Assembly (NCBI GenBank): GCA_053919585.1
Contig: CM132791.1
Reading direction: 5' to 3' (one strand)
DNA: 64,000 nt
Source: Euprymna scolopes
Taxonomy: Eukaryota
The notes beneath the pieces were generated by a model. It did no database searches and was not told the origin of the DNA. It saw only the letters and a list, made by a program, of their open reading frames with translations. Position numbers and translations under genes: made by a program. Below, one piece after another: positions 10,130 through 22,500 of the stretch (position 1 is the first letter of the stretch; each line of letters begins with the position of its first letter).

Positions 10130-10584
10130 GCTTTTGTCATAGGGTTTTTCTCTATCGGGTCGATCATTTTGCTTTATTATAGGACCTGCTTTTTCAGGCT
10201 GCTTGTGGTATTACGAGGTCGAACTTGTAATATATATCTGGTCCATTCCCTCCTCTTGTTCCACAGAAGCTTGTCTTTCGTCATCTTTGATAGGCTTCCA
10301 AATTTGCTTCAAATGTTTCGTGTGAGTAAATCCTGGACCGTCGATAATGTAAACCATCCGCCCGATCCTTTTCTGAACTTTTCCCTGTTCCCCTACCTTA
10401 CTATTATTTTTGCGTATCTGGAAAAATTAATTCATCCCCAGGTAAGTGCCTCTTTCTCCGAAGTATAATATTCGGTCATTCACTTGTTTTGGCAAAAGTG
10501 GTCGAAGACCTGCCTAATTTTGCTCGCGAATATTTACTCTGCCGGCGACATATTAGATGAAGCGCTTTCATTTGGCGTATTTCT
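10130..10584 (-). pseudogene. Degenerate Ty3/Gypsy (K02A2.6/Mag-like) integrase C-terminus; its upstream 221 bp is the satellite monomer
   Basis: Manual translation across frameshifts: RNTPNESASSNMSPAE*IFARKIRQVFDH / LLPKQ / KRHLPGDELIF / FFQIRKNNSKVGEQGKVQKRIGRMVYIIDGPGFTHTKHLKQIWKP...EEGMDQIY / YYKFDLVIPQAA / KMIDPIEKNP. This follows the YRxTP-x-SPAELxFxRxIRxxxDxL ... PGDxV ... GxxxYxV ... HxxQ order of Gypsy integrase tails. Confidence 0.8.
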
Positions 10585-13500
10585 GATACTTTTCTGAACT
10601 TTTCCCTGTTCCCCTACCTTACTATTATTTTTGCGTATCTGGAAAAATTAATTCATCCCCAGGTAAGTGCCTCTTTCTCCGAAGTATAATATTCGGTCAT
10701 TCACTTGTTTTGGCAAAAGTGGTCGAAGACCTGCCTAATTTTCCTCGCGAATATTTACTCTGCCGGCGACATATTAGATGAAGCGCTTTCATTTGGCGTA
10801 TTTCGGATACTTTTCTGAACTTTTCCCTGTTCCCCTACCTTACTATTATTTTTGCGTATCTGGAAAAATTAATTCATCCCCAGGTAAGTGCCTCTTTCTC
10901 CGACGTATAATATTCGGTCATTCACTTGTTTTGGCAAAAGTGGTCGAAGACCTGCCTAATTTTCCTCGCGAATATTTACTCTGCCGGCGACATATTAGAT
11001 GAAGCGCTTTCATTTGGCGTATTTCGGATACTTTTCTGAACTTTTCCCTGTTCCCCTACCTTACTATTATTTTTGCGTATCTGGAAAAATTAATTCATCC
11101 CCAGGTAAGTGCCTCTTTCTCCGAAGTATAATATTCGGTCATTCACTTGTTTTGGCAAAAGTGGTCGAAGACCTGCCTAATTTTCCTCGCGAATATTTAC
11201 TCTGCCGGCGACATATTAGATGAAGCGCTTTCATTTGGCGTATTTCGGATCCTTTTCTGAACTTTTCCCTGTTCCCCTACCTTACTATTATTTTTGCGTA
11301 TCTGGAAAAATTAATTCATCCCCAGGTAAGTGCCTCTTTCTCCGACGTATAATATTCGGTCATTCACTTGTTTTGGCAAAAGTGGTCGAAGACCTGCCTA
11401 ATTTTGCTCGCGAATATTTACTCTGCCGGCGACATATTAGATGAAGCGCTTTCATTTGGCGTATTTCTGATACTTTTCTGAACTTTTCCCTGTTCCCCTA
11501 CCTTACTATTATTTTTGCGTATCTGGAAAAATTAATTCATCCCCAGGTAAGTGCCTCTTTCTCCGAAGTATAATATTCGGTCATTCACTTGTTTTGGCAA
11601 AAGTGGTCGAAGACCTGCCTAATTTTCTTCGCGAATATTTACTCTGCCGGTGACATATTAGATGAAGCGCTTTCATTTGGCGTATTTCGGATACTTTTAT
11701 GAACTTTTCCCTGTTCCCCTACCTTACTATTACTTTTGCGTATCTGGAAAAATTAATTCATCCCCAGGTAAGTGCCTCTTTCTCCGAAGTATAATATTCT
11801 GTCATTCACTTGTTTTGGCAAAAGTGGTCGAAGACCTGCCTAATTTTCCTCGCGAATATTTACTCTGCCGGCGACATATTAGATGAAGCGCTTTCATTTG
11901 GCGTATTTCGGATCCTTTTCTGAACTTTTCCCTGTTCCCCTACCTTACTATTATTTTTGCGTATCTGGAAAAATTAATTCATCCCCAGGTAAGTGCCTCT
12001 TTCTCCGAAGTATAATATTCGGTCATTCACTTGTTTTGGCAAAAGTGGTCGAAGACCTGCCTAATTTTCCTCGCGAATATTTACTCTGCCGGCGACATAT
12101 TAGATGAAGCGCTTTCATTTGGCGTATTTCGGATCCTTTTCTGAACTTTTCCCTGTTCCTCTACCTTACTATTATTTTTGCGTATCTGGAAAAATTAATT
12201 CATCCCCAGGTAAGTGCCTCTTTCTCCGAAGTATAATATTCGGTCATTCACTTGTTTTGGCAAAAGTGGTCGAAGACCTGCCTGATTTTCCTCGCGAATA
12301 TTTACTCTGCCGGCGACATATTAGATGAAGCGCTTTCATTTGGCGTATTTCGGATACTTTTCTGAACTTTTCCCTGTTCCCCTACCTTACTATTATTTTT
12401 GCGTATCTGGAAAAATTAATTCATCCCCAGGTAAGTGCCTCTTTCTCCGAAGTATAATATTCGGTCATTCACTTGTTTTGGCAAAAGTGGTCGAAGACCT
12501 GCCTAATTTTCCTCGCGAATATTTACTCTGCCGGCGACATATTAGATGAAGCGCTTTCATTTGGCGTATTTCGGATACTTTTCTGAACTTTTCCCTGTTC
12601 CCCTACCTTACTATTATTTTTGCGTATCTGGAAAAATTAATTCATCCCCAGGTAAGTGCCTCTTTCTCCGAAGTATAATATTCGGTCATTCACTTGTTTT
12701 GGCAAAAGTGGTCGAAGACCTGCCTAATTTTCTTCGCGAATATTTACTCTGCCGGTGACATATTAGATGAAGCGCTTTCATTTGGCGTATTTCGGATACT
12801 TTTATGAACTTTTCCCTGTTCCCCTACCTTACTATTACTTTTGCGTATCTGGAAAAATTAATTCATCCCCAGGTAAGTGCCTCTTTCTCCGAAGTATAAT
12901 ATTCTGTCATTCACTTGTTTTGGCAAAAGTGGTCGAAGACCTGCCTAATTTTCCTCGCGAATATTTACTCTGCCGGCGACATATTAGATGAAGCGCTTTC
13001 ATTTGGCGTATTTCGGATCCTTTTCTGAACTTTTCCCTGTTCCCCTACCTTACTATTATTTTTGCGTATCTGGAAAAATTAATTCATCCCCAGGTAAGTG
13101 CCTCTTTCTCCGAAGTATAATATTCGGTCATTCACTTGTTTTGGCAAAAGTGGTCGAAGACCTGCCTAATTTTCCTCGCGAATATTTACTCTGCCGGCGA
13201 CATATTAGATGAAGCGCTTTCATTTGGCGTATTTCGGATCCTTTTCTGAACTTTTCCCTGTTCCTCTACCTTACTATTATTTTTGCGTATCTGGAAAAAT
13301 TAATTCATCCCCAGGTAAGTGCCTCTTTCTCCGAAGTATAATATTCGGTCATTCACTTGTTTTGGCAAAAGTGGTCGAAGACCTGCCTGATTTTCCTCGC
13401 GAATATTTACTCTGCCGGCGACATATTAGATGAAGCGCTTTCATTTGGCGTATTTCGGATACTTTTCTGAACTTTTCCCTGTTCCCCTACCTTACTATTA

Positions 13501-16500
13501 TTTTTGCGTATCTGGAAAAATTAATTCATCCCCAGGTAAGTGCCTCTTTCTCCGAAGTATAATATTCGGTCATTCACTTGTTTTGGCAAAAGTGGTCGAA
13601 ACCTGCCTAATTTTCCTCGCGAATATTTACTCTGCCAGCGACATATTAGATGAAGCGCTTTCATTTAGCGTATTTCGGATCCTTTTATTAACTTTTCCCT
13701 GTTCCCCTACCTTACTATTATTTTTGCGTATCTGGAAAAATTAATTCATCCCCAGGTAAGTGCCTCTTTCTCCGAAGTATAATATTCGGTCATTCACTTG
13801 TTTTGGCAAAAGTGGTCGAAGTCCTGCCTAATTTTCCTCGCGAATATTTACTGTGCCGGCGACATATTAGATGAAGCGCTTTCATTTGACGTATTTCGGA
13901 TACTTTTCTGAACTTTTCCCTGTTCCCCTACCTTACTATTATTTTTGCGTATCTGGAAAAATTAATTCATCCCCAGGTAAGTGCCTCTTTCTCCGAAGTA
14001 TAATATTCGGTCATTAACTGGTTTTGGCAAAAGTGGTCGAAGACCTGCCTAATTTTCCTCGCGAATATTTACTCTGCCGGATACATATTAGATGAAGCGC
14101 TTTCATTTGGCGTATTTCGGATCCTTTTCTGAACTTTTCCCTGTTCCCCTACCTTACTATTATTTTTGCGTATCTGGAAAAATTAATTAATCCCCAGGTA
14201 AGTGCCTCTTTCTCCGAAGTATAATATTCGGTCATTCACTTGTTTTGGCAAAAGTGGTCGAAGACCTGCCTAATTTTCCTCGCGAATATTTACTCTGCCG
14301 GCGACATATTAGATGAAGCGCTTTCATTTGGCGTATTTCGGATGATTTTCTGAACTTTTCCTTGTTCCCCTACCTTACTATTATTTTTGCGTATCTGGAA
14401 AAATTAATTCATCCCCAGGTAAGTGCCTCTTTCTCCGAAGTATAATATTCGGTCATTCACTTGTTTTGGCAAAAGTGGTCGAAGACCTGCCTAATTTTCC
14501 TCGCGAATATTTACTCTGCCGGCGACATATTAGATGAAGCGCTTTCATTTGGCGTATTTCGGATCCTTTTCTGAACTTTTCCCTGTTCCCCTACCTTACT
14601 ATTATTTTTGCGTATCTGGAAAAATTAATTCATCCCCAGGTAAGTTCCTCTTTCTCCGAAGTATAATATTCGGTCATTCACTTGTTTTGGCAAAAGTGGT
14701 CGAAGACCTGCCTAATTTTCCTCGCGAATATTTACTCTGCCGGCGACATATTAGATGAAGCGCTTTCATTTGGCGTATTTCGGATACTTTTCTGAACTTT
14801 TCCCTGTTCCCCTACCTTACTATTATTTTTGCGTATCTGGAAAAATTAATTCATCCCCAGGTAAATGCCTCTTTCTCCGAAGTATAAAATTCGGTCATTC
14901 ACTTGTTTTGGCAAAACTGGTCGAAGACCTGCCTAATTTTCCTCGCGAATATTTACTCTGCCGGCTACATATTAGATGAAGCGCTTTCATTTGGCGTATT
15001 TCGGATCCTTTTCTGAACTTTTCCCTGTTCCCCTACCTTACTATTATTTTTGCGTATCTGGAAAAATTAATTCATCCCCAGGTAAGTGCCTCTTTCTCCG
15101 AAGTATAATATTCGGTCATTCACTTGTTTTGGCAAAAGTGGTCGAAGACCTGCCTAATTTTCCTCGCGAATATTTACTCTGCCGGCGACATATTAGATGA
15201 ATCGCTTTCATTTGGCGTATTTCGGATACTTTTCTGAACTTTTCCCTGTTCCCCTTCCTTACTATTATTTTTGCGTATCTGGAAAAATTAATTCATCCCC
15301 AGGTAAGTGCCTCTTTCTCCGAAGTATAATATTCGGTCATTCACTTGTTTTGGCAAAAGTGGTCGAAGACCTGCCTAATTTTCCTCGCGAATATTTACTC
15401 TGCCGGCGACATATTAGATGAAGCGCTTTCATTTGGCGTATTTCGGATCCTTTTCTGAACTTTTCCCTGTTCCCCTACCTTACTATTATTTTTGCGTATC
15501 TGGAAAAATTAATTCATCCCCAGGTAAGTGCCTCTTTCTCCGAAGTATAATATTCGGTCATTCACTTGTTTTGGCAAAAGTGGTCGAAGTCCTGCCTAAT
15601 TTTCCTCGCGAATATTTACTCTGCCGGCGACATATTAGATGAAGCGCTTTCATTTGACGTATTTCGGATACCTTTCTGAACTTTTCCCTGTTCCCCTACC
15701 TTACTATTATTTTTGCGTATCTGGAAAAATTAATTCATCCCCAGGTAAGTGCCTCTTTCTCCGAAGTATAATATTCGGTCATTCACTTGTTTTGGCTAAA
15801 GTGGTCGAAGACCTGCCTAATTTTCCTCGCGAATATTTACTCTGCCGGCGACATATTAGATGAAGCGCTTTCATTTGGCGTATTTCGGATACTTTTCTGA
15901 ACTTTTCCCTGTTCCCCTACCTTACTATTATTTTTGCGTATCTGGAAAAATTAATTCATCCCCAGGTAAGTGCCTCTTTCTCCGAAGTATAATATTCGCT
16001 CATTCACTTGTTTTGGCAAAAGTGGTCGAAGACCTGCCTAATTTTCCTCGCGAATATTTACTCTGCCGGCGACATATTAGATGAAGCGCTTTCATTTGGC
16101 GTATTTCGGATCCTTTTCTGAACGTTTCCCTGTTCCCCTACCTTACTATTATTTTTGCGTATCTGGAAAAATTAATTCATCCCCAGGTAAGTGCCTCTTT
16201 CTCCGAAGTATAATATTCGGTCATTCACTTGTTTTGGCAAAAGTGGTCGAAGACCTGCCTAATTTTCCTCGCGAATATTTACTCTGCCGGCGACATATTA
16301 GATGAAGCGCTTTCATTTGGCGTATTTCGGATCCTTTTCTGAACTTTTCCCTGTTCCCCTACCTTACTATTATTTTTGCGTATCTGGAAAAATTAATTCA
16401 TCCCCAGGTAAGTGCCTCTTTCTCCGAAGTATAATATTCGGTCATTCACTTGTTTTGGCAAAAGTGGTCGAAGACCTGCCTAATTTTCCTCGCGAATATT

Positions 16501-19500
16501 TACTCTGCCGGCGACATATTAGATGAAGCGCTTTCATTTGACGTATTTCGGATACCTTTCTGAACTTTTCCCTGTTCCCCTACCTTACTATTATTTTTGC
16601 GTATCTGGAAAAAATTAATTCATCCCCAGGTAAGTGCCTCTTTCTCCGAAGTATAATATTCGGTCATTCACTTGTTTTGGCAAAAGTGGTCGAAGACCTG
16701 CCTAATTTTCCTCGCGAATATTTACTCTGCCGGCGACATATTAGATGAAGCGCTTTCATTTGGCGTATTTCGGATACTTTTCTGAACTTTTCCCTTTTCC
16801 CCTACCTTACTATTATTTTTGCGTATCTGGAAAAATTAATTCATCCCCAGGTAAGTGCCTCTTTCTCCGAAGTATAATATTCGGTCATTCACTTGTTTTG
16901 GCAAAAGTGGTCGAAGACCTGCCTAATTTTCCTCGCGAATATTTACTCTGCCGGCGACATATTAGATGAAGCGCTTTCATTTGGCGTATTTCGGATACTT
17001 TTCTGAACTTTTCCCTTTTCCCCTACCTTACTATTATTTTTGCGTATCTGGAAAAATTAATTCATCCCCAGGTAAGTGCCTCTTTCTCCGAAGTATAATA
17101 TTCGGTCATTCACTTGTTTTGGCAAAAGTGGTCGAAGACCTGCCTAATTTTCCTCGCGAATATTTACTCTGCCGGCGACATATTAGATGAAGCGCTTTCA
17201 TTTGGCGTATTTCGGATGATTTTCTGAACTTTTCCTTGTTCCCCTACCTTACTATTATTTTTGCGTATCTGGAAAAATTAATTCATCCCCAGGTAAGTGC
17301 CTCTTTCTCCGAAGTATAATATTCGGTCATTCACTTGTTTTGGCAAAAGTGGTCGAAGACCTGCCTAATTTTCCTCGCGAATATTTACTCTGCCGGCGAC
17401 ATATTAGATGAAGCGCTTTCATTTGGCGTATTTCGGATCCTTTTCTGAACTTTTCCCTGTTCCCCTACCTTACTATTATTTTTGCGTATCTGGAAAAATT
17501 AATTCATCCCCAGGTAAGTTCCTCTTTCTCCGAAGTATAATATTCGGTCATTCACTTGTTTTGGCAAAAGTGGTCGAAGACCTGCCTAATTTTCCTCGCG
17601 AATATTTACTCTGCCGGCGACATATTAGATGAAGCGCTTTCATTTGGCGTATTTCGGATACTTTTCTGAACTTTTCCCTGTTCCCCTACCTTACTATTAT
17701 TTTTGCGTATCTGGAAAAATTAATTCATCCCCAGGTAAATGCCTCTTTCTCCGAAGTATAAAATTCGGTCATTCACTTGTTTTGGCAAAAGTGGTCGAAG
17801 ACCTGCCTAATTTTCCTCGCGAATATTTACTCTGCCGGCTACATATTAGATGAAGCGCTTTCATTTGGCGTATTTCGGATCCTTTTCTGAACTTTTCCCT
17901 GTTCCCCTACCTTACTATTATTTTTGCGTATCTGGAAAAATTAATTCATCCCCAGGTAAGTGCCTCTTTCTCCGAAGTATAATATTCGGTCATTCACTTG
18001 TTTTGGCTAAAGTGGTCGAAGACCTGCCTAATTTTCCTCGCGAATATTTACTCTGCCGGCGACATATTAGATGAAGCGCTTTCATTTGGCGTATTTCGGA
18101 TACTTTTCTGAACTTTTCCCTGTTCCCCTACCTTACTATTATTTTTGCGTATCTGGAAAAATTAATTCATCCCCAGGTAAGTGCCTCTTTCTCCGAAGTA
18201 TAATATTCGCTCATTCACTTGTTTTGGCAAAAGTGGTCGAAGACCTGCCTAATTTTCCTCGCGAATATTTACTCTGCCGGCGACATATTAGATGAAGCGC
18301 TTTCATTTGGCGTATTTCGGATCCTTTTCTGAACGTTTCCCTGTTCCCCTACCTTACTATTATTTTTGCGTATCTGGAAAAATTAATTCATCCCCAGGTA
18401 AGTGCCTCTTTCTCCGAAGTATAATATTCGGTCATTCACTTGTTTTGGCAAAAGTGGTCGAAGACCTGCCTAATTTTCCTCGCGAATATTTACTCTGCCG
18501 GCGACATATTAGATGAAGCGCTTTCATTTGACGTATTTCGGATACCTTTCTGAACTTTTCCCTGTTCCCCTACCTTACTATTATTTTTGCGTATCTGGAA
18601 AAATTAATTCATCCCCAGGTAAGTGCCTCTTTCTCCGAAGTATAATATTCGGTCATTCACTTGTTTTGGCAAAAGTGGTCGAAGACCTGCCTAATTTTCC
18701 TCGCGAATATTTACTCTGCCGGCGACATATTAGATGAAGCGCTTTCATTTGGCGTATTTCGGATCCTTTTCTGAACTTTTCCCTGTTCCCCTACCTTACT
18801 ATTATTTTTGCGTATCTGGAAAAATTAATTCATCCCCAGGTAAGTGCCTCTTTCTCCGAAGTATAATATTCGGTCATTCACTTGTTTTGGCAAAAGTGGT
18901 CGAAGACCTGCCTAATTTTCCTCGCGAATATTTACTCTGCCGGCGACATATTAGATGAAGCGCTTTCATTTGACGTATTTCGGATACCTTTCTGAACTTT
19001 TCCCTGTTCCCCTACCTTACTATTATTTTTGCGTATCTGGAAAAAATTAATTCATCCCCAGGTAAGTGCCTCTTTCTCCGAAGTATAATATTCGGTCATT
19101 CACTTGTTTTGGCAAAAGTGGTCGAAGACCTGCCTAATTTTCCTCGCGAATATTTACTCTGCCGGCGACATATTAGATGAAGCGCTTTCATTTGGCGTAT
19201 TTCGGATACTTTTCTGAACTTTTCCCTTTTCCCCTACCTTACTATTATTTTTGCGTATCTGGAAAAATTAATTCATCCCCAGGTAAGTGCCTCTTTCTCC
19301 GAAGTATAATATTCGGTCATTCACTTGTTTTGGCAAAAGTGGTCGAAGACCTGCCTAATTTTCCTCGCGAATATTTACTCTGCCGGCGACATATTAGATG
19401 AAGCGCTTTCATTTGGCGTATTTCGGATACTTTTCTGAACTTTTCCCTTTTCCCCTACCTTACTATTATTTTTGCGTATCTGGAAAAATTAATTCATCCC

Positions 19501-22500
19501 CAGGTAAGTGCCTCTTTCTCCGAAGTATAATATTCGGTCATTCACTTGTTTTGGCAAAAGTGGTCGAAGACCTGCCTAATTTTCCTCGCGAATATTTACT
19601 CTGCCGGCGACATATTAGATGAAGCGCTTTCATTTGACGTATTTCGGATACCTTTCTGAACTTTTCCCTGTTCCCCTACCTTACTATTATTTTTGCGTAT
19701 CTGGAAAAATTAATTCATCCCCAGGTAAGTGCCTCTTTCTCCGAAGTATAATATTCGGTCATTCACTTGTTTTGGCAAAAGTGGTCGAAGACCTGCCTAA
19801 TTTTCCTCGCGAATATTTACTCTGCCGGCGACATATTAGATGAAGCGCTTTCATTTGGCGTATTTCGGATCCTTTTCTGAATTTTTCCCTGTTCCCCTAC
19901 CTTACTATTATTTTTGCGTATCTGGAAAAATTAATTCATCCCCAGGTAAGTGCCTCTTTCTCCGAAGTATAATATTCGGTCAATCACTTGTTTTGGCAAA
20001 AGTGGTCGAAGACCTGCCTAATTTTCCTCGCGAATATTTACTCTGCCGGCGACATATTAGATGAAGCGCTTTCATTTGGCGTATTTCGGATCCTTTTCTG
20101 AACTTTTCCCTGTTCCCCTACCTTACTATTATTTTTGCGTATCTGGAAAAATTAATTCATCCCCAGGTAAGTTCCTCTTTCTCCGAAGTATAATATTCGG
20201 TCATTCACTTGTTTTGGCAAAAGTGGTCGAAGACCTGCCTAATTTTCCTCGCGAATATTTACTCTGCCGGCGACATATTAGATGAAGCGCTTTCATTTGG
20301 CGTATTTCGGATACTTTTCTGAACTTTTCCCTGTTCCCCTACCTTACTATTATTTTTGCGTATCTGGAAAAATTAATTCATCCCCAGGTAAATGCCTCTT
20401 TCTCCGAAGTATAATATTCGGTCATTCACTTGTTTTGGCAAAAGTGGTCGAAGACCTGCCTAATTTTCCTCGCGAATATTTACTCTGCCGGCTACATATT
20501 AGATGAAGCGCTTTCATTTGGCGTATTTCGGATACTTTTCTGAACTTTTCCCTGTTCCCCTACCTTACTATTATTTTTGCGTATCTGGAAAAATTAATTC
20601 ATCCCCAGGTAAGTGCCTCTTTCTCCGAAGTATAATATTCGGTCATTCACTTGTTTTGGCAAAAGTGGTCGAAGACCTGCCTAATTTTCCTCGCGAATAT
20701 TTACTCTGCCGGCGACATATTAGATGAATCGCTTTCATTTGGCGTATTTCGGATACTTTTCTGAACTTTTCCCTGTTCCCCTTCCTTACTATTATTTTTG
20801 CGTATCTGGAAAAATTAATTCATCCCCAGGTAAGTGCCTCTTTCTCCGAAGTATAATATTCGGTCATTCACTTGTTTTGGCAAAAGTGGTCGAAGACCTG
20901 CCTAATTTTCCTCGCGAATATTTACTCTGCCGGCGACATATTAGATGAAGCGCTTTCATTTGGCGTATTTCGGATCCTTTTCTGAACTTTTCCCTGTTCC
21001 CCTACCTTACTATTATTTTTGCGTATCTGGAAAAATTAATTCATCCCCAGGTAAGTGCCTCTTTCTCCGAAGTATAATATTCGGTCATTCACTTGTTTTG
21101 GCAAAAGTGGTCGAAGTCCTGCCTAATTTTCCTCGCGAATATTTACTCTGCCGGCGACATATTAGATGAAGCGCTTTCATTTGACGTATTTCGGATACCT
21201 TTCTGAACTTTTCCCTGTTCCCCTACCTTACTATTATTTTTGCGTATCTGGAAAAATTAATTCATCCCCAGGTAAGTGCCTCTTTCTCCGCAGTATAATA
21301 TTCGGTCATTCACTTGTTTTGGCTAAAGTGGTCGAAGACCTGCCTAATTTTCCTCGCGAATATTTACTCTGCCGGCGACATATTAGATGAAGCGCTTTCA
21401 TTTGGCGTATTTCGGATACTTTTCTGAACTTTTCCCTGTTCCCCTACCTTACTATTATTTTTGCGTATCTGGAAAAATTAATTCATCCCCAGGTAAGTGC
21501 CTCTTTCTCCGAAGTATAATATTCGGTCATTCACTTGTTTTGGCAAAAGTGGTCGAAGACCTGCCTAATTTTCCTCGCGAATATTTACTCTGCCGGCGAC
21601 ATATTAGATGAAGCGCTTTCATTTGGCGTATTTCGGATCCTTTTCTGAACGTTTCCCTGTTCCCCTACCTTACTATTATTTTTGCGTATCTGGAAAAATT
21701 AATTCATCCCCAGGTAAGTGCCTCTTTCTCCGAAGTATAATATTCGGTCATTCACTTGTTTTGGCAAAAGTGGTCGAAGACCTGCCTAATTTTCCTCGCG
21801 AATATTTACTCTGCCGGCGACATATTAGATGAAGCGCTTTCATTTGACGTATTTCGGATACCTTTCTGAACTTTTCCCTGTTCCCCTACCTTACTATTAT
21901 TTTTGCGTATCTGGAAAAATTAATTCATCCCCAGGTAAGTGCCTCTTTCTCCGAAGTATAATATTCGGTCATTCACTTGTTTTGGCAAAAGTGGTCGAAG
22001 ACCTGCCTAATTTTCCTCGCGAATATTTACTCTGCCGGCGACATATTAGATGAAGCGCTTTCATTTGGCGTATTTCGCATCCTTTTCTGAACTTTTCCCT
22101 GTTCCCCTACCTTACTATTATTTTTGCGTATCTGGAAAAATTAATTCATCCCCAGGTAAGTGCCTCTTTCTCCGAAGTATAATATTCGGTCATTCACTTG
22201 TTTTGGCAAAAGTGGTCGAAGACCTGCCTAATTTTCCTCGCGAATATTTACTCTGCCGGCGACATATTAGATGAAGCGCTTTCATTTGACGTATTTCGGA
22301 TACCTTTCTGAACTTTTCCCTGTTCCCCTACCTTACTATTATTTTTGCGTATCTGGAAAAAATTAATTCATCCCCAGGTAAGTGCCTCTTTCTCCGAAGT
22401 ATAATATTCGGTCATTCACTTGTTTTGGCAAAAGTGGTCGAAGACCTGCCTAATTTTCCTCGCGAATATTTACTCTGCCGGCGACATATTAGATGAAGCG

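Noticed and set aside
10364-10584. CENP-B box in the monomer
   Set aside because: TTCG occurs but is not followed by the A..CGGG part of the 17-bp consensus.
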